This document shows positions 8,156 through 16,091 of a stretch of DNA of 39,038 bases, one piece after another. The DNA lies in IMG/VR virus record IMGVR_UViG_3300043039_000071, positions 1 to 39,038 of that record, one strand, 5' to 3'. Below the pieces are notes generated by a model. The model saw only the letters and a program-made list of their open reading frames with translations, ran no database searches and was not told where the DNA came from. The DNA comes from a virus. Its lineage: Duplodnaviria; Caudoviricetes. Made by a program: the position numbers and the translations under genes. Each line of letters begins with the position of its first letter. Position 1 is the first letter of the stretch.

Positions 8156-8264
8156 TCGATTACAGGATTCGAACCTGTGTTCACTTGTCTATAGGATATC
8201 GCGATCCAGACTAATGATATATCGCGTTTCAACTTTAGGCCTGATTACTACTCAGTCAAATCGA
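8156..8264 (-). ncRNA. tRNA-like RNA A with large insertion in place of anticodon/variable arms
   Basis: Acceptor TCGATT/AATCGA, D arm CTGA-GTAGTAA-TCAG, perfect T arm ACAGG-TTCGAAT-CCTGT, about 60 nt between D and T arms. No encoded CCA. Confidence 0.7.
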
Positions 8265-8273
8265 ATTAAACTA

Positions 8274-8302
8274 ACAATATAACAATCACTCTTTACTGTC
8301 AA
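8274..8302 (-). promoter_or_regulatory. sigma70 promoter driving the ncRNA unit
   Basis: TTGACA (8302-8297)-N17-TATTGT (8279-8274). Predicted +1 lies a few nt before tRNA-like RNA A. Confidence 0.7.
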
Positions 8303-8564
8303 CACTAAATGATTTATTAACAGCATCATACCAAAGTAACCAGCTATTCACGGCCTGCTGACATTCAATGTATTGCGTGTGCGATCTAACTAACTCAGCC
8401 AATACTAGCGCCTTATTAATCTTATCAAGAGGCGTTAATTCACCACATGCATAACTAGTCGGCTTTTGCGGTAACTGCCTTTGTGCGTCCAACTGATTGG
8501 TTGTAGATGCGCAACCACTCGTCATCAATAGCATTGCAATCACTATCGCGGTATTTCGTAACAT
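8286..8564 (-). CDS. o-spanin (Rz1-like lipoprotein)
   Basis: Signal peptide and lipobox MLRNTAIVIAMLLMTSG-C. Overlaps the 3' part of the i-spanin in another frame. Confidence 0.75.
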   Translation of the reverse strand: MLRNTAIVIAMLLMTSGCASTTNQLDAQRQLPQKPTSYACGELTPLDKINKALVLAELVRSHTQYIECQQAVNSWLLWYDAVNKSFSVDSKE

Positions 8565-8838
8565 ATTTAAGCACCTCTTTTTCGACTTCAACAGTTTGAG
8601 TTTTAATGACCTCTACAACTTCGGCCTGTTTATTTTGGTTAGCAATTAGGTCAGCTTGCAAGTCTGCATTTTTAACGTTTACTGCGATCAATGCTTCACT
8701 GGTTGAGGCGTTTAACTTTGCAATTGCATCATTCCATTCAGACTGCACCTTAGTTGAGCCGTAGTCATATGATAGCCAGCCATAAATAACTAAGCCTGCA
8801 ATGATGCCGATAATCTTAATCGTTGCTAGATTTATCAT
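8455..8838 (-). CDS. i-spanin (Rz-like)
   Basis: N-terminal TM helix, periplasmic coiled coil, C-terminal Cys, located in the lysis cassette. Confidence 0.75.
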   Translation of the reverse strand: MINLATIKIIGIIAGLVIYGWLSYDYGSTKVQSEWNDAIAKLNASTSEALIAVNVKNADLQADLIANQNKQAEVVEVIKTQTVEVEKEVLKYVTKYRDSDCNAIDDEWLRIYNQSVGRTKAVTAKAD

Positions 8839-9259
8839 TGTTAGCCTCGCTAAATAAATACCAGTAACTAATTTCGCCGCTTTCTACGACATTAACACCA
8901 AGCCACCCCATCTTTGGGTGAGGATCATGAACAACTAGACCGTTATTGTTTATTATTACAGCATGACTCACTCCGTTATGGTTTTTGCTTGGGACTGCCG
9001 CCAATAGGTATCCGCTAACGCTCGGTGAGTCTTTTAGGTTTTCTTTTGTTTTATCCATATCTACAAACGCAGTGTAAACCCCATCATATTCATAACCAAT
9101 CGACGCTATCCAGCACATGAAAGGTATTTGCCACCCTGAATCAATGTGGTCAATTATATTTATCGTCTTATCCATGTCTGTATGAAACAAGCTAGATAGT
9201 GCAGCCTGCATGCAATTGCCCTTTCCTCTTTCGGTAATGGTTTGATCAACTTTTATCAT
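8816..9259 (-). CDS. papain-like/C39-type peptidase-like protein inserted in the lysis cassette
   Basis: Q...GNCMQAALSSL, HAVI and HDP give a Cys-His-Asp arrangement. Start re-called to ATG 9259 (GAGG RBS). Confidence 0.5.
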   Translation of the reverse strand: MIKVDQTITERGKGNCMQAALSSLFHTDMDKTINIIDHIDSGWQIPFMCWIASIGYEYDGVYTAFVDMDKTKENLKDSPSVSGYLLAAVPSKNHNGVSHAVIINNNGLVVHDPHPKMGWLGVNVVESGEISYWYLFSEANNDKSSND

Positions 9260-9269
9260 TGTTAGCCTC
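8831..9269. repeat. 18-bp direct repeat (8831-8848 and 9252-9269)
   Basis: tttatcattgttagcctc in both places, which reads GAGGCTAACAATGATAAA (RBS + start) on the minus strand. Confidence 0.9.
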
Positions 9270-9470
9270 ATATTTTGATTGAACGGCCTTAGCAAATGCG
9301 CTTGATCCAATTAATCCAGTTCCAATTGTTATCGCCATTCCAGCATCAGGCAATGACATAAACATAGCAATGCAGCCAGCCAATGAGACAACGGTACCTA
9401 TAAGCATCGATACCATAAACCCCAATCGCATCATTGACCGCTTGCCGTTACAGTTATTTAGAAAGCTCAT
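9246..9470 (-). CDS. holin (two TM segments)
   Basis: 74 aa, two hydrophobic helices and a charged C-terminus, between endolysin and spanins. Confidence 0.65.
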   Translation of the reverse strand: MSFLNNCNGKRSMMRLGFMVSMLIGTVVSLAGCIAMFMSLPDAGMAITIGTGLIGSSAFAKAVQSKYEANNDKS

Positions 9471-9541
9471 AGCACACGACCAAAGGCAATTAATTGTTGG
9501 TAAGCGTCTTTGTGTGTCAGCATTAATAATTTTAATAGCAT
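9467..9541 (-). CDS. 24-aa peptide between endolysin and holin
   Basis: AGGAG RBS, MLLKLLMLTHKDAYQQLIAFGRVL*, ATGA overlap with the holin start. Confidence 0.4.
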   Translation of the reverse strand: MLLKLLMLTHKDAYQQLIAFGRVL

Positions 9542-9542
9542 G

Positions 9543-9986
9543 TTAACTCCTTATTGCGTATCGGATATAGTCTGCCATGTATGCCGATGGTGACGCCTTG
9601 CCAGTTCGGTTCCAGTATGATTTGCAGTAGCTAGCCATCGCATCAATACCTGTTGGTATCGGGTTAACGTCCATTAGTAGATAGCACCTAGCGACAAATA
9701 CCGAGTAATCATCGTTAGTTGCTAACTGGCTAACATCGCGAGTAAATCCACATTTGTTAGCTAATTTTGTAATAGAGTCGCAATTATCCCAGATTGAATC
9801 GTGCGTAACTGGTTCAATTTGAAATACGCTTAACGCTGGCCCTTTAATCTGCTTTCGATATTTTCCGCCCATTGACTCATGAGCCGCTATCATTAGTAGC
9901 ACTGTATTGGCCGCATCAGAATAGCGATTCATCTTGGTTAGCGTTCGTTTGATTGCGTCGTCAATCACCTGCATATCTTCGGTCAT
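9543..9986 (-). CDS. putative endolysin (lysozyme-like/transglycosylase fold)
   Basis: IAAHES-x-GG...GPALSVFQIEP motif with a candidate catalytic Glu, first gene of the holin/spanin cassette. Confidence 0.7.
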   Translation of the reverse strand: MTEDMQVIDDAIKRTLTKMNRYSDAANTVLLMIAAHESMGGKYRKQIKGPALSVFQIEPVTHDSIWDNCDSITKLANKCGFTRDVSQLATNDDYSVFVARCYLLMDVNPIPTGIDAMASYCKSYWNRTGKASPSAYMADYIRYAIRS

Positions 9987-9997
9987 ATTTCACCCAT

Positions 9998-10020
9998 AAA
10001 AAAGCACCCCGTAGAGTGCT
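9998..10020 (-). terminator. rho-independent terminator
   Basis: Minus strand AGCACTC-TACG-GGGTGCT followed by Ts. Confidence 0.75.
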
Positions 10021-10037
10021 AGTTTATCACAAGTTAA

Positions 10038-10577
10038 TTAAATCTCTATCGAGTCCGGTGCTTCATTGCCGAATACGTCCCAACCGTCACTTGATTGGCG
10101 AGCGAACATTTCAAGGCGCGGAACATCGCCCATAAGCTCTATAATTTTATCCCTTGCTATATCAGGCTTTTTTGAATGCTTCATTATTGGCGCATCTATT
10201 ACACTGTGAACGCCCATACCCACTCTTTTAGGCTTACCCTTTACACCCAAAAGGCATATTTCAGCATTTGACCTAGTCCATCTACCCATACCCCAAAACC
10301 AACTGTCTTTTATCTTGTTCTTTTTTACCCATGTAAAGGCATTTGTTTTGTATTCAAAACCCCAAGCATCCATTAATGCTAGAGCTTCTTTTATCTTTGG
10401 AAATGTAGCCCACATAAATATTACACAGTTATCATCGCATACCTACTGCACATCGATTAACTCAAGCTCATTATTCGCTGTTGTTTTGTAATGCCTTTCA
10501 GCTCCGCCACGATTTAAAGATTTGTCATCATATTGCCAAGGTGGATCAGCATAGATTACTTGATATTTTTTACTCAT
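10038..10577 (-). pseudogene. MT-A70 family adenine methyltransferase with in-frame TAG at codon 45
   Basis: MSKKYQVIYADPPW...IDVQ*VCDDNCVIFMWAT...HSKKP...RLEMFAR...GWDVFGNE. The DPPW part is in frame with the annotated 125-aa ORF across TAG at 10443-10445. Confidence 0.85.
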
Positions 10578-10669
10578 CTATTTATCTCCAAATATTTTAT
10601 TAAACTGCTCATCGAATTTTTGCTGTTGTTCTTGGGTCATGCTCATCTTAATTTATTTCCTGTTTATTG

Positions 10670-10710
10670 TTGACACCGATAATACTAATAACATATGATT
10701 CAGTTGTCAA
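10670..10710. promoter_or_regulatory. overlapping divergent promoters, TTGACA-N29-TGTCAA
   Basis: Plus: TTGACA-N18-TATGAT. Minus: TTGACA-N17-TAGTAT. Lies at a strand switch. Confidence 0.7.
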
Positions 10711-10728
10711 CATGAAAGGAGTTTAAAA

Positions 10729-10953
10729 ATGATTAAGAATGTAGAGATAGAAATGTACGGGCATAAGTGGCTGATTGAGGTTGATCAGCATAGCAGCGAT
10801 GAGTTTGATTTTGATATCAATAAGACGATGCTTACGTCTAATGGCTATGCGCTTGATATGTCTGAAATGTGCGATCTAAACCAAGATTTTATTTCGCTTA
10901 CCAATGATAAGGTTATTGAAAAACTCAAACAAGAGGCGCTAAACAATGTCTAA
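10729..10953 (+). CDS. hypothetical protein
   Basis: AAGGAG RBS, first gene after the promoter. Confidence 0.65.
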   Translation: MIKNVEIEMYGHKWLIEVDQHSSDEFDFDINKTMLTSNGYALDMSEMCDLNQDFISLTNDKVIEKLKQEALNNV

Positions 10954-11125
10954 AACTGGATATCACACAGCTGCACTAATCAGCTATCAAGAATTTATTA
11001 ATCGCGGCCCAAGACGCGCTAAAGCTGTCAGCGAGGAAAGCAAAGAACGCAAAGAGGCTAGGCGCAAGATTGAGGATATTAAACTGGCTCGTGAATTGGG
11101 TATTGAATTAGGGGATATGTTATGA
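10946..11125 (+). CDS. hypothetical protein (59 aa)
   Basis: Not in ORF track. GAGG RBS, MSKTGYHTAAL...EARRKIEDIKLARELGIELGDML*, overlaps both neighbours. Confidence 0.6.
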   Translation: MSKTGYHTAALISYQEFINRGPRRAKAVSEESKERKEARRKIEDIKLARELGIELGDML

Positions 11126-11340
11126 AAACTGTTATTGATGCTGTGAATGAGTTGAAGGGTGATTTGAATAATCTAAAGTTAGGCTTACACCCAAAGCACA
11201 AGATTATTATTGATATGACAAAATCATTATATGGTGGCTTGGTTGGAAGCTTATCAGCGAGCGGTTATAAGTTTAAGGAGGTTTGCACAATCGAAGACTT
11301 CAACCAAACAATTGCAGAGATGTCAGCAGGTATTTATTAA
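11122..11340 (+). CDS. hypothetical protein (MKT..DA.N...VCT.E.F module)
   Basis: Coupled ORF, similar to 16698-16931. Confidence 0.6.
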   Translation: MKTVIDAVNELKGDLNNLKLGLHPKHKIIIDMTKSLYGGLVGSLSASGYKFKEVCTIEDFNQTIAEMSAGIY

Positions 11341-11580
11341 ATGCAATCACAATCCGAATTAACAACGCTTATGATAGCGTGGCAAATGGCTCGTGTGGAC
11401 GGCTTAAATCAAGTGGCAGCCATTCGTAAGTGCGCAAGACGGTTGCGCGACACAACGAAGGATAGCGTGCTTTATGAGTTATTTAAAACTCTCATTGCAG
11501 CACCAGAATATAAAGTCGTTAAGTGTGTATCATCACTTCACGATAAATTAGTACAAGACGGTTTACTTTACGCTAAATAA
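11341..11580 (+). CDS. hypothetical protein
   Basis: Abuts the previous stop, in operon. Confidence 0.55.
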   Translation: MQSQSELTTLMIAWQMARVDGLNQVAAIRKCARRLRDTTKDSVLYELFKTLIAAPEYKVVKCVSSLHDKLVQDGLLYAK

Positions 11581-11620
11581 TTGGCACTATGCCACACGAT
11601 TAATAAAAGGAAGATGAAAA

Positions 11621-12112
11621 ATGACTACAAGCATCACAGGTAAGTTAAACAAAGAAGCATCAGTATTTCAAGCTGGTCAAGATTCAACAGGTTTTGGTTT
11701 GCGTATTGGCGTGCAATATTATGACCGCGAAACCAAGCAGAAAGAATGGACCAATTACGAATGCGCAATTTTTGCCAAGAATGGCCCACAGGCTGACTTT
11801 TACAAGTCTGCATTAGTGGCTGGATCAATCGTTGAGGTGTCAGGCCAACAACAAAAAATTAAATCATTCGAAGGCCAAAGCGGTACGATGCTAAGCATTG
11901 AATTGATTGATGCTAAAGTTGGTTATATCGGCACTGCTGATGCTGGCCAGTCTAGTAATGCATCAAATACTACTCAAAATAGTGGTAATCAGCAACATAG
12001 TGCGCAGAATAATACTCAACAATCACGACCTGCTCAACGCCAAGCGCCGCAGCCACAACAAAATGTTCAAACTGGATTACCTGCTGGCGATGATTGGGAT
12101 GAACCGTTCTAG
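11621..12112 (+). CDS. ssb: single-stranded DNA-binding protein
   Basis: OB-fold-like N-terminus, Q/N-rich linker, acidic-aromatic tail DDWDEPF. Confidence 0.85.
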   Translation: MTTSITGKLNKEASVFQAGQDSTGFGLRIGVQYYDRETKQKEWTNYECAIFAKNGPQADFYKSALVAGSIVEVSGQQQKIKSFEGQSGTMLSIELIDAKVGYIGTADAGQSSNASNTTQNSGNQQHSAQNNTQQSRPAQRQAPQPQQNVQTGLPAGDDWDEPF

Positions 12113-12162
12113 CATTAACACTAACTAACTAAACGCCTCTACGGAGGCAATAGGAGATTTAA

Positions 12163-12390
12163 ATGAAACACTCAATAATTGAAAGCTGGAAACGAATTGT
12201 AGATAAAAAGGATGTTGTAATTATCGGTAATGTTTATGGCGATTCTCGCTGGCCTGATGGAACAATGATCCGCACCAGTGCGCTACTACCCATGAGTATG
12301 CAAGCTCACACTCCGAAAGAGGGTTATACAATCAACACTCTTAACTCAACCTATTTACTTGGCAAGCCATTTGCTAAGGAGTCAAAATGA
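12163..12390 (+). CDS. hypothetical protein
   Basis: AGGAG RBS, GNVYGDSRWPDG..IRTS...TLNSTYLLG conserved-looking phage motif. Confidence 0.6.
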   Translation: MKHSIIESWKRIVDKKDVVIIGNVYGDSRWPDGTMIRTSALLPMSMQAHTPKEGYTINTLNSTYLLGKPFAKESK

Positions 12391-12584
12391 TGGAGACACT
12401 ATTTACAATTGCAATGATACTAAGCGTGTTTGTTGCGCTAACTATGGCTTATGATGTTTGTATCAATAAGCGCAAACGATTACCGCGAATGGTCGAGAAT
12501 ACTGCAACGTCATCATTTTTAGTTGCTTCAATGCTTTGGATTGTTTATTTACTTTGTTGGGCGTTTATTGAGATGGGGTTTTAG
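12387..12584 (+). CDS. hypothetical membrane protein
   Basis: Two hydrophobic segments, AAGGAG RBS. Confidence 0.6.
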   Translation: MMETLFTIAMILSVFVALTMAYDVCINKRKRLPRMVENTATSSFLVASMLWIVYLLCWAFIEMGF

Positions 12585-12587
12585 ATT

Positions 12588-12965
12588 ATGGGTATGTACA
12601 CTGATATTTTTGTTAATGTTGATTTTGTAACGGAAACCCCTCAGAGCGTTATTGATGTGATTAGCGCTATTTGTAATAAGGACTTTGATGCCGACTGCTT
12701 AAAAGACAAGCCAAGAAGATGGGTAATGCTATTTAATAATGGAAGTTACTATTCACCATCAACAGAGTGTGGAAATTTAACTTATGATGAAATATCTAAA
12801 GGATATTCTCTTATAGGTAAGGGTGACATAAAGAATTATGAAGGAGATATAGAAGCGTTTTTTGAATTTATAGCGCCATACGTTGAAAACAACTTTATGG
12901 GTTATGAGCAATACGAAGAATGTGATTCTCCAACGCTTATTTACAAGTCTGACTTCATCAAATAA
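12588..12965 (+). CDS. hypothetical protein
   Basis: 125-aa ORF ending at a bidirectional terminator. Confidence 0.6.
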   Translation: MGMYTDIFVNVDFVTETPQSVIDVISAICNKDFDADCLKDKPRRWVMLFNNGSYYSPSTECGNLTYDEISKGYSLIGKGDIKNYEGDIEAFFEFIAPYVENNFMGYEQYEECDSPTLIYKSDFIK

Positions 12966-12967
12966 AC

Positions 12968-12996
12968 AAAAGCCCTCACAAAGGGGGCTTTCTTTT
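12968..12996. terminator. bidirectional terminator
   Basis: AAAAGCCCTC-ACAAA-GGGGGCTTTCTTTT between convergent genes. Confidence 0.75.
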
Positions 12997-14002
12997 AACT
13001 ACCTAGTCGCCTTTCCCTTTGCTCAATAGCTTTCTTATGCAATGCAGTCTGCAGCACTTCACCAGTTTTCTTATCCCTTAATATGTCAACGATTGAGCAT
13101 TGACAGTTTATAGAATTAGAACCAGACCTCCACCAATCTTCCTGCTCCTGTGGCGTAAATATTTGACCGCTTCGTGACATATGCCATTTACGCGAGTTTT
13201 CAGCAAGCGCGGATAGGTGCATCACAGCAACCTCAAATGAACCAGCACCATACACATCACGATTAAGGTCTTTAGTGTTTGCCATGTGCGCGTCTGTAGC
13301 TGATTTGTTTAACTCAGTCCTAACGATGCGCAATGCGCGCCAACCTGCCATATCATCAAACGCCTTGGTCACATCTTTAGCAACTGAGCGATAACCCACT
13401 CCCGATGTAATTGCTCGGGATAGGATGCCTGACACTTGCCTTGCTGACTCATCACTAAACCCGACCATGCTATTGAACGTGCGGCCATAAACAGCATCTA
13501 ATCGGCGCTTATAATATGGTTGCTGCAGTATCTGCTCGTAGTCGATTGAGCGCACTTCATTCGATATCTCAGCACCAACAACGGATGCTGGTGATAAGTT
13601 TTGCGCGGTCTGCAATGACTCATTATATCCAGTTTCAACCGCTTGTCGTGAATACGTATTAAACCACCACTGAGCTGACCAAAGATTATCTTCAAGTCCT
13701 AGCATGTTGCGGTAAATCAGGTTTTTAATAAACCTGTCTACCTCGCTCATTCGCTGCGGGCTAATCTCGTACACGTATTGGGTCTTGTTGACGATATGCG
13801 CTAATGGTAATAGCTCGACAACGTTAACCTGCACTTTATCAACCAGAGACTGCTCAAGTATCGTCTTGATTAGTGGTTTAACCTGGTCAGCGATCACCTT
13901 TACCCGTTTACGAAATTCGCGCAAACACTTACCCCGCAGACTACCCAATCCAGTGGGATCGTCTGCGCTGTGAATGATGGGGCGGCCTATTGCTTTAATC
14001 AT
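12995..14002 (-). CDS. minor head / head morphogenesis protein (Mu gpF / SPP1 gp7-like)
   Basis: RALRIVRTE, R..H..R.G and terminal NCQCS motifs, directly downstream of the portal. Confidence 0.85.
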   Translation of the reverse strand: MIKAIGRPIIHSADDPTGLGSLRGKCLREFRKRVKVIADQVKPLIKTILEQSLVDKVQVNVVELLPLAHIVNKTQYVYEISPQRMSEVDRFIKNLIYRNMLGLEDNLWSAQWWFNTYSRQAVETGYNESLQTAQNLSPASVVGAEISNEVRSIDYEQILQQPYYKRRLDAVYGRTFNSMVGFSDESARQVSGILSRAITSGVGYRSVAKDVTKAFDDMAGWRALRIVRTELNKSATDAHMANTKDLNRDVYGAGSFEVAVMHLSALAENSRKWHMSRSGQIFTPQEQEDWWRSGSNSINCQCSIVDILRDKKTGEVLQTALHKKAIEQRERRLGS

Positions 14003-15404
14003 TTAGTTCAGGCCCATTGTCAGGCTCATCATCGATCCCTTCAGCATCAACAACATCAATATCAAGCGTCTCATGAAAATAGCTATCAGGGATAACAGAT
14101 TCTGGAACGCCACCAGATTGATAAATCTTATATCGAATATTTGCAGCCTGCTCACCCATGGCTAATTTATCAGACTGACTAGCTTCACGCGCATCAGGCC
14201 AATCAATAACAACTTCACCATTAGGCATAGGCAAAACACCAATCTCAATAAATCGATTGATGTGCTGCATTAATAGGTGATTGCCGAAACCCTCTCGACG
14301 CTCCATCGTGAAGCTATTCCACTGCAGCGTATCTTTATCACTTGCTAGTTTTCCAGTTTGAAAACCGACCAATACGGTCATTGGTATGCGATAGTTTGCC
14401 GCGATTTCCTTTTCGCATAGTTCAGCGGGTTTAGTTGGATCGCCCATTGATGAGTTAAGCGATGACATTGAGGCGTCACTGATAACTAATGTCGATAAGT
14501 CACCGCGATCGAACTCGTTAATGTTCTCGTCCATTAGTTCGGCGGTTGCGCCAGTAGGTAGGTTCGAACCTTCCTTTAGTGACAACACGCTACGCTGGTC
14601 GGCGTTCTTCTTTGAACCCTCAGCCGATGACATGCGGATTTTTTCCCAATCCATTAAGGCATAAAAACAGCCCATCATGGCAGGGGTTCCGTAAATAGTT
14701 CCGTCTTCCGCACCTTCCGCAGCCATAATTAAGCGGCTTGGGTGACAGTTGAATGAACGATTCTGACCGTTTGATTTTGAACCAGTGGCAAATTCTGCAA
14801 CTTGATACATTGTAGGCTCGCCATAGTTAGCCGATGTTAAATCTGTATCCCATTCAGACTCAATTAATTGGGATTCAAATAGTGGCACAAGTTTAACTAA
14901 GTTACCCGGCACTAAGCTCTCAAGTGGTTCATTCATCTTAGCGCTGTTAACGTCACGCGCAACAATCAATGAGCCAGCGTATTGACCAATACGTTGCTTA
15001 CGGTCTAATGAGCGCACACGGTCTTTAAATGCTAGCTTCTGGTCTTTGATTAGTTTGTTTAACTCAATCTCGAACTCTGTTTTAACTTCATCGTTGTATT
15101 CAGGCTCACCATCAGAATCAAACTCTGTTACATCTCGGATGGTAGGCCAATCTGACCAAACAGAATCAACAGGCATGTCACAGCCAGCTTTAGCTAGACC
15201 GATGCGTCGATATAGTGAGTAGAAATTGCTGAATACTGGATTCTTTGGATAACCGTATTGGCATATTAAATCGCGTGATGTTTCTAGCTGTTCGCCAATG
15301 AAATTACCGCGACCTGCAAACATACTTTGCAAGTCACGGTTTGATTGAGCTAATGCGTTATTTGTGAGGGCTTTTTTAGCTGCCCGTTGTTTTTTAGATA
15401 ACAT
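13995..15404 (-). CDS. portal protein (DUF1073-like)
   Basis: 469 aa with NYGEP.MY, HPSRL and IPMTVLVG.Q.G.LAS..D motifs, upstream of the minor head gene. Confidence 0.85.
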   Translation of the reverse strand: MLSKKQRAAKKALTNNALAQSNRDLQSMFAGRGNFIGEQLETSRDLICQYGYPKNPVFSNFYSLYRRIGLAKAGCDMPVDSVWSDWPTIRDVTEFDSDGEPEYNDEVKTEFEIELNKLIKDQKLAFKDRVRSLDRKQRIGQYAGSLIVARDVNSAKMNEPLESLVPGNLVKLVPLFESQLIESEWDTDLTSANYGEPTMYQVAEFATGSKSNGQNRSFNCHPSRLIMAAEGAEDGTIYGTPAMMGCFYALMDWEKIRMSSAEGSKKNADQRSVLSLKEGSNLPTGATAELMDENINEFDRGDLSTLVISDASMSSLNSSMGDPTKPAELCEKEIAANYRIPMTVLVGFQTGKLASDKDTLQWNSFTMERREGFGNHLLMQHINRFIEIGVLPMPNGEVVIDWPDAREASQSDKLAMGEQAANIRYKIYQSGGVPESVIPDSYFHETLDIDVVDAEGIDDEPDNGPELND

Positions 15405-15466
15405 GTTAAACCCTCAGTGATATTGATTAGAGTTTAACATGTTATGGGGGAAAGGTGAAAGTGTGG

Positions 15467-15652
15467 TTAGAATCTACTTATCTGGTTATCGAGGTCTGAC
15501 ATAATTTTGAACGTCTTACCTCTTGGTGATAGATTTTGATATATATCGCTATTAAGTTTGGCAAGCCCTCTGCCTCTTAACTTGTTTAGCGATAAAGACT
15601 TGTTCATGTGGTTTAGCTTGTTTTCCCATGCATTCTTAAAGTAATTGCTCAT
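15467..15652 (-). CDS. hypothetical protein
   Basis: GGGGTG RBS, in the gene run between terminase and portal. Confidence 0.5.
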   Translation of the reverse strand: MSNYFKNAWENKLNHMNKSLSLNKLRGRGLAKLNSDIYQNLSPRGKTFKIMSDLDNQISRF

Positions 15653-15656
15653 TTTA

Positions 15657-15851
15657 TCACCCCTTAATCATTTTACTCATGCGCTCATAGTTTAAGTATT
15701 CGCGCATGTGTTCGGCTTGTTTTTGTGTGTCGCCTGCATCAATCGAATCATTATATCGTTGCAATGACTCGGCCATTTTTCGCTCGTAGTAGGTCACTTG
15801 GTTTTTTCGTCCTGTATTTTTAGTTGAATGTATCGACCAGCAAACAAGCAT
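15657..15851 (-). CDS. hypothetical protein (start uncertain)
   Basis: ORF track, same-strand gene run. Confidence 0.45.
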   Translation of the reverse strand: MLVCWSIHSTKNTGRKNQVTYYERKMAESLQRYNDSIDAGDTQKQAEHMREYLNYERMSKMIKG

Positions 15852-15881
15852 AATCCAACAACCAGCAACAGGCTAATAAAT

Positions 15882-16091
15882 TCACTCATCTTCACACCTC
15901 TCATAAATCATTATTGAAAACTCACTAACGCTCAATTGCTCATTAACGTAATTTGATAGTGCTAGTCTAAGTATTTTATTATCTGTATTCGCTGACTTGA
16001 TTTTACTCAAATCAGCGAGGTTAACTGCTGTCACTATCTCAACTGCTGTGACTTGTTTAAGGTCGCAGCGTGTTGGTGGCAGGTCTAGCAC
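15882..16091 (-). CDS. hypothetical protein
   Basis: Overlaps the end of 16085-16708. Confidence 0.45.
   Translation of the reverse strand: MLDLPPTRCDLKQVTAVEIVTAVNLADLSKIKSANTDNKILRLALSNYVNEQLSVSEFSIMIYERCEDE

Larger units (their letters stand above)
7383..8267 (-). ncRNA. putative long structured non-coding transcript / array of small structured RNAs
   Basis: Own promoter (8274-8302) and terminator (7383-7402), no convincing ORF, and consecutive hairpins whose G-U pairs work on the minus strand. Contains two tRNA-like elements. Confidence 0.65.

Noticed and set aside
7724-8264. Calling the two elements functional tRNA genes or amber suppressors for the MT-A70 TAG
   Set aside because: Neither has a canonical 5-bp stem/7-nt anticodon loop. 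No CUA anticodon is correctly positioned.
10443-10445. Genome-wide TAG recoding
   Set aside because: TAG ends genes at natural C-termini (ssb ...WDEPF*, MTase at 7311) and large genes show no other internal TAG interruptions.
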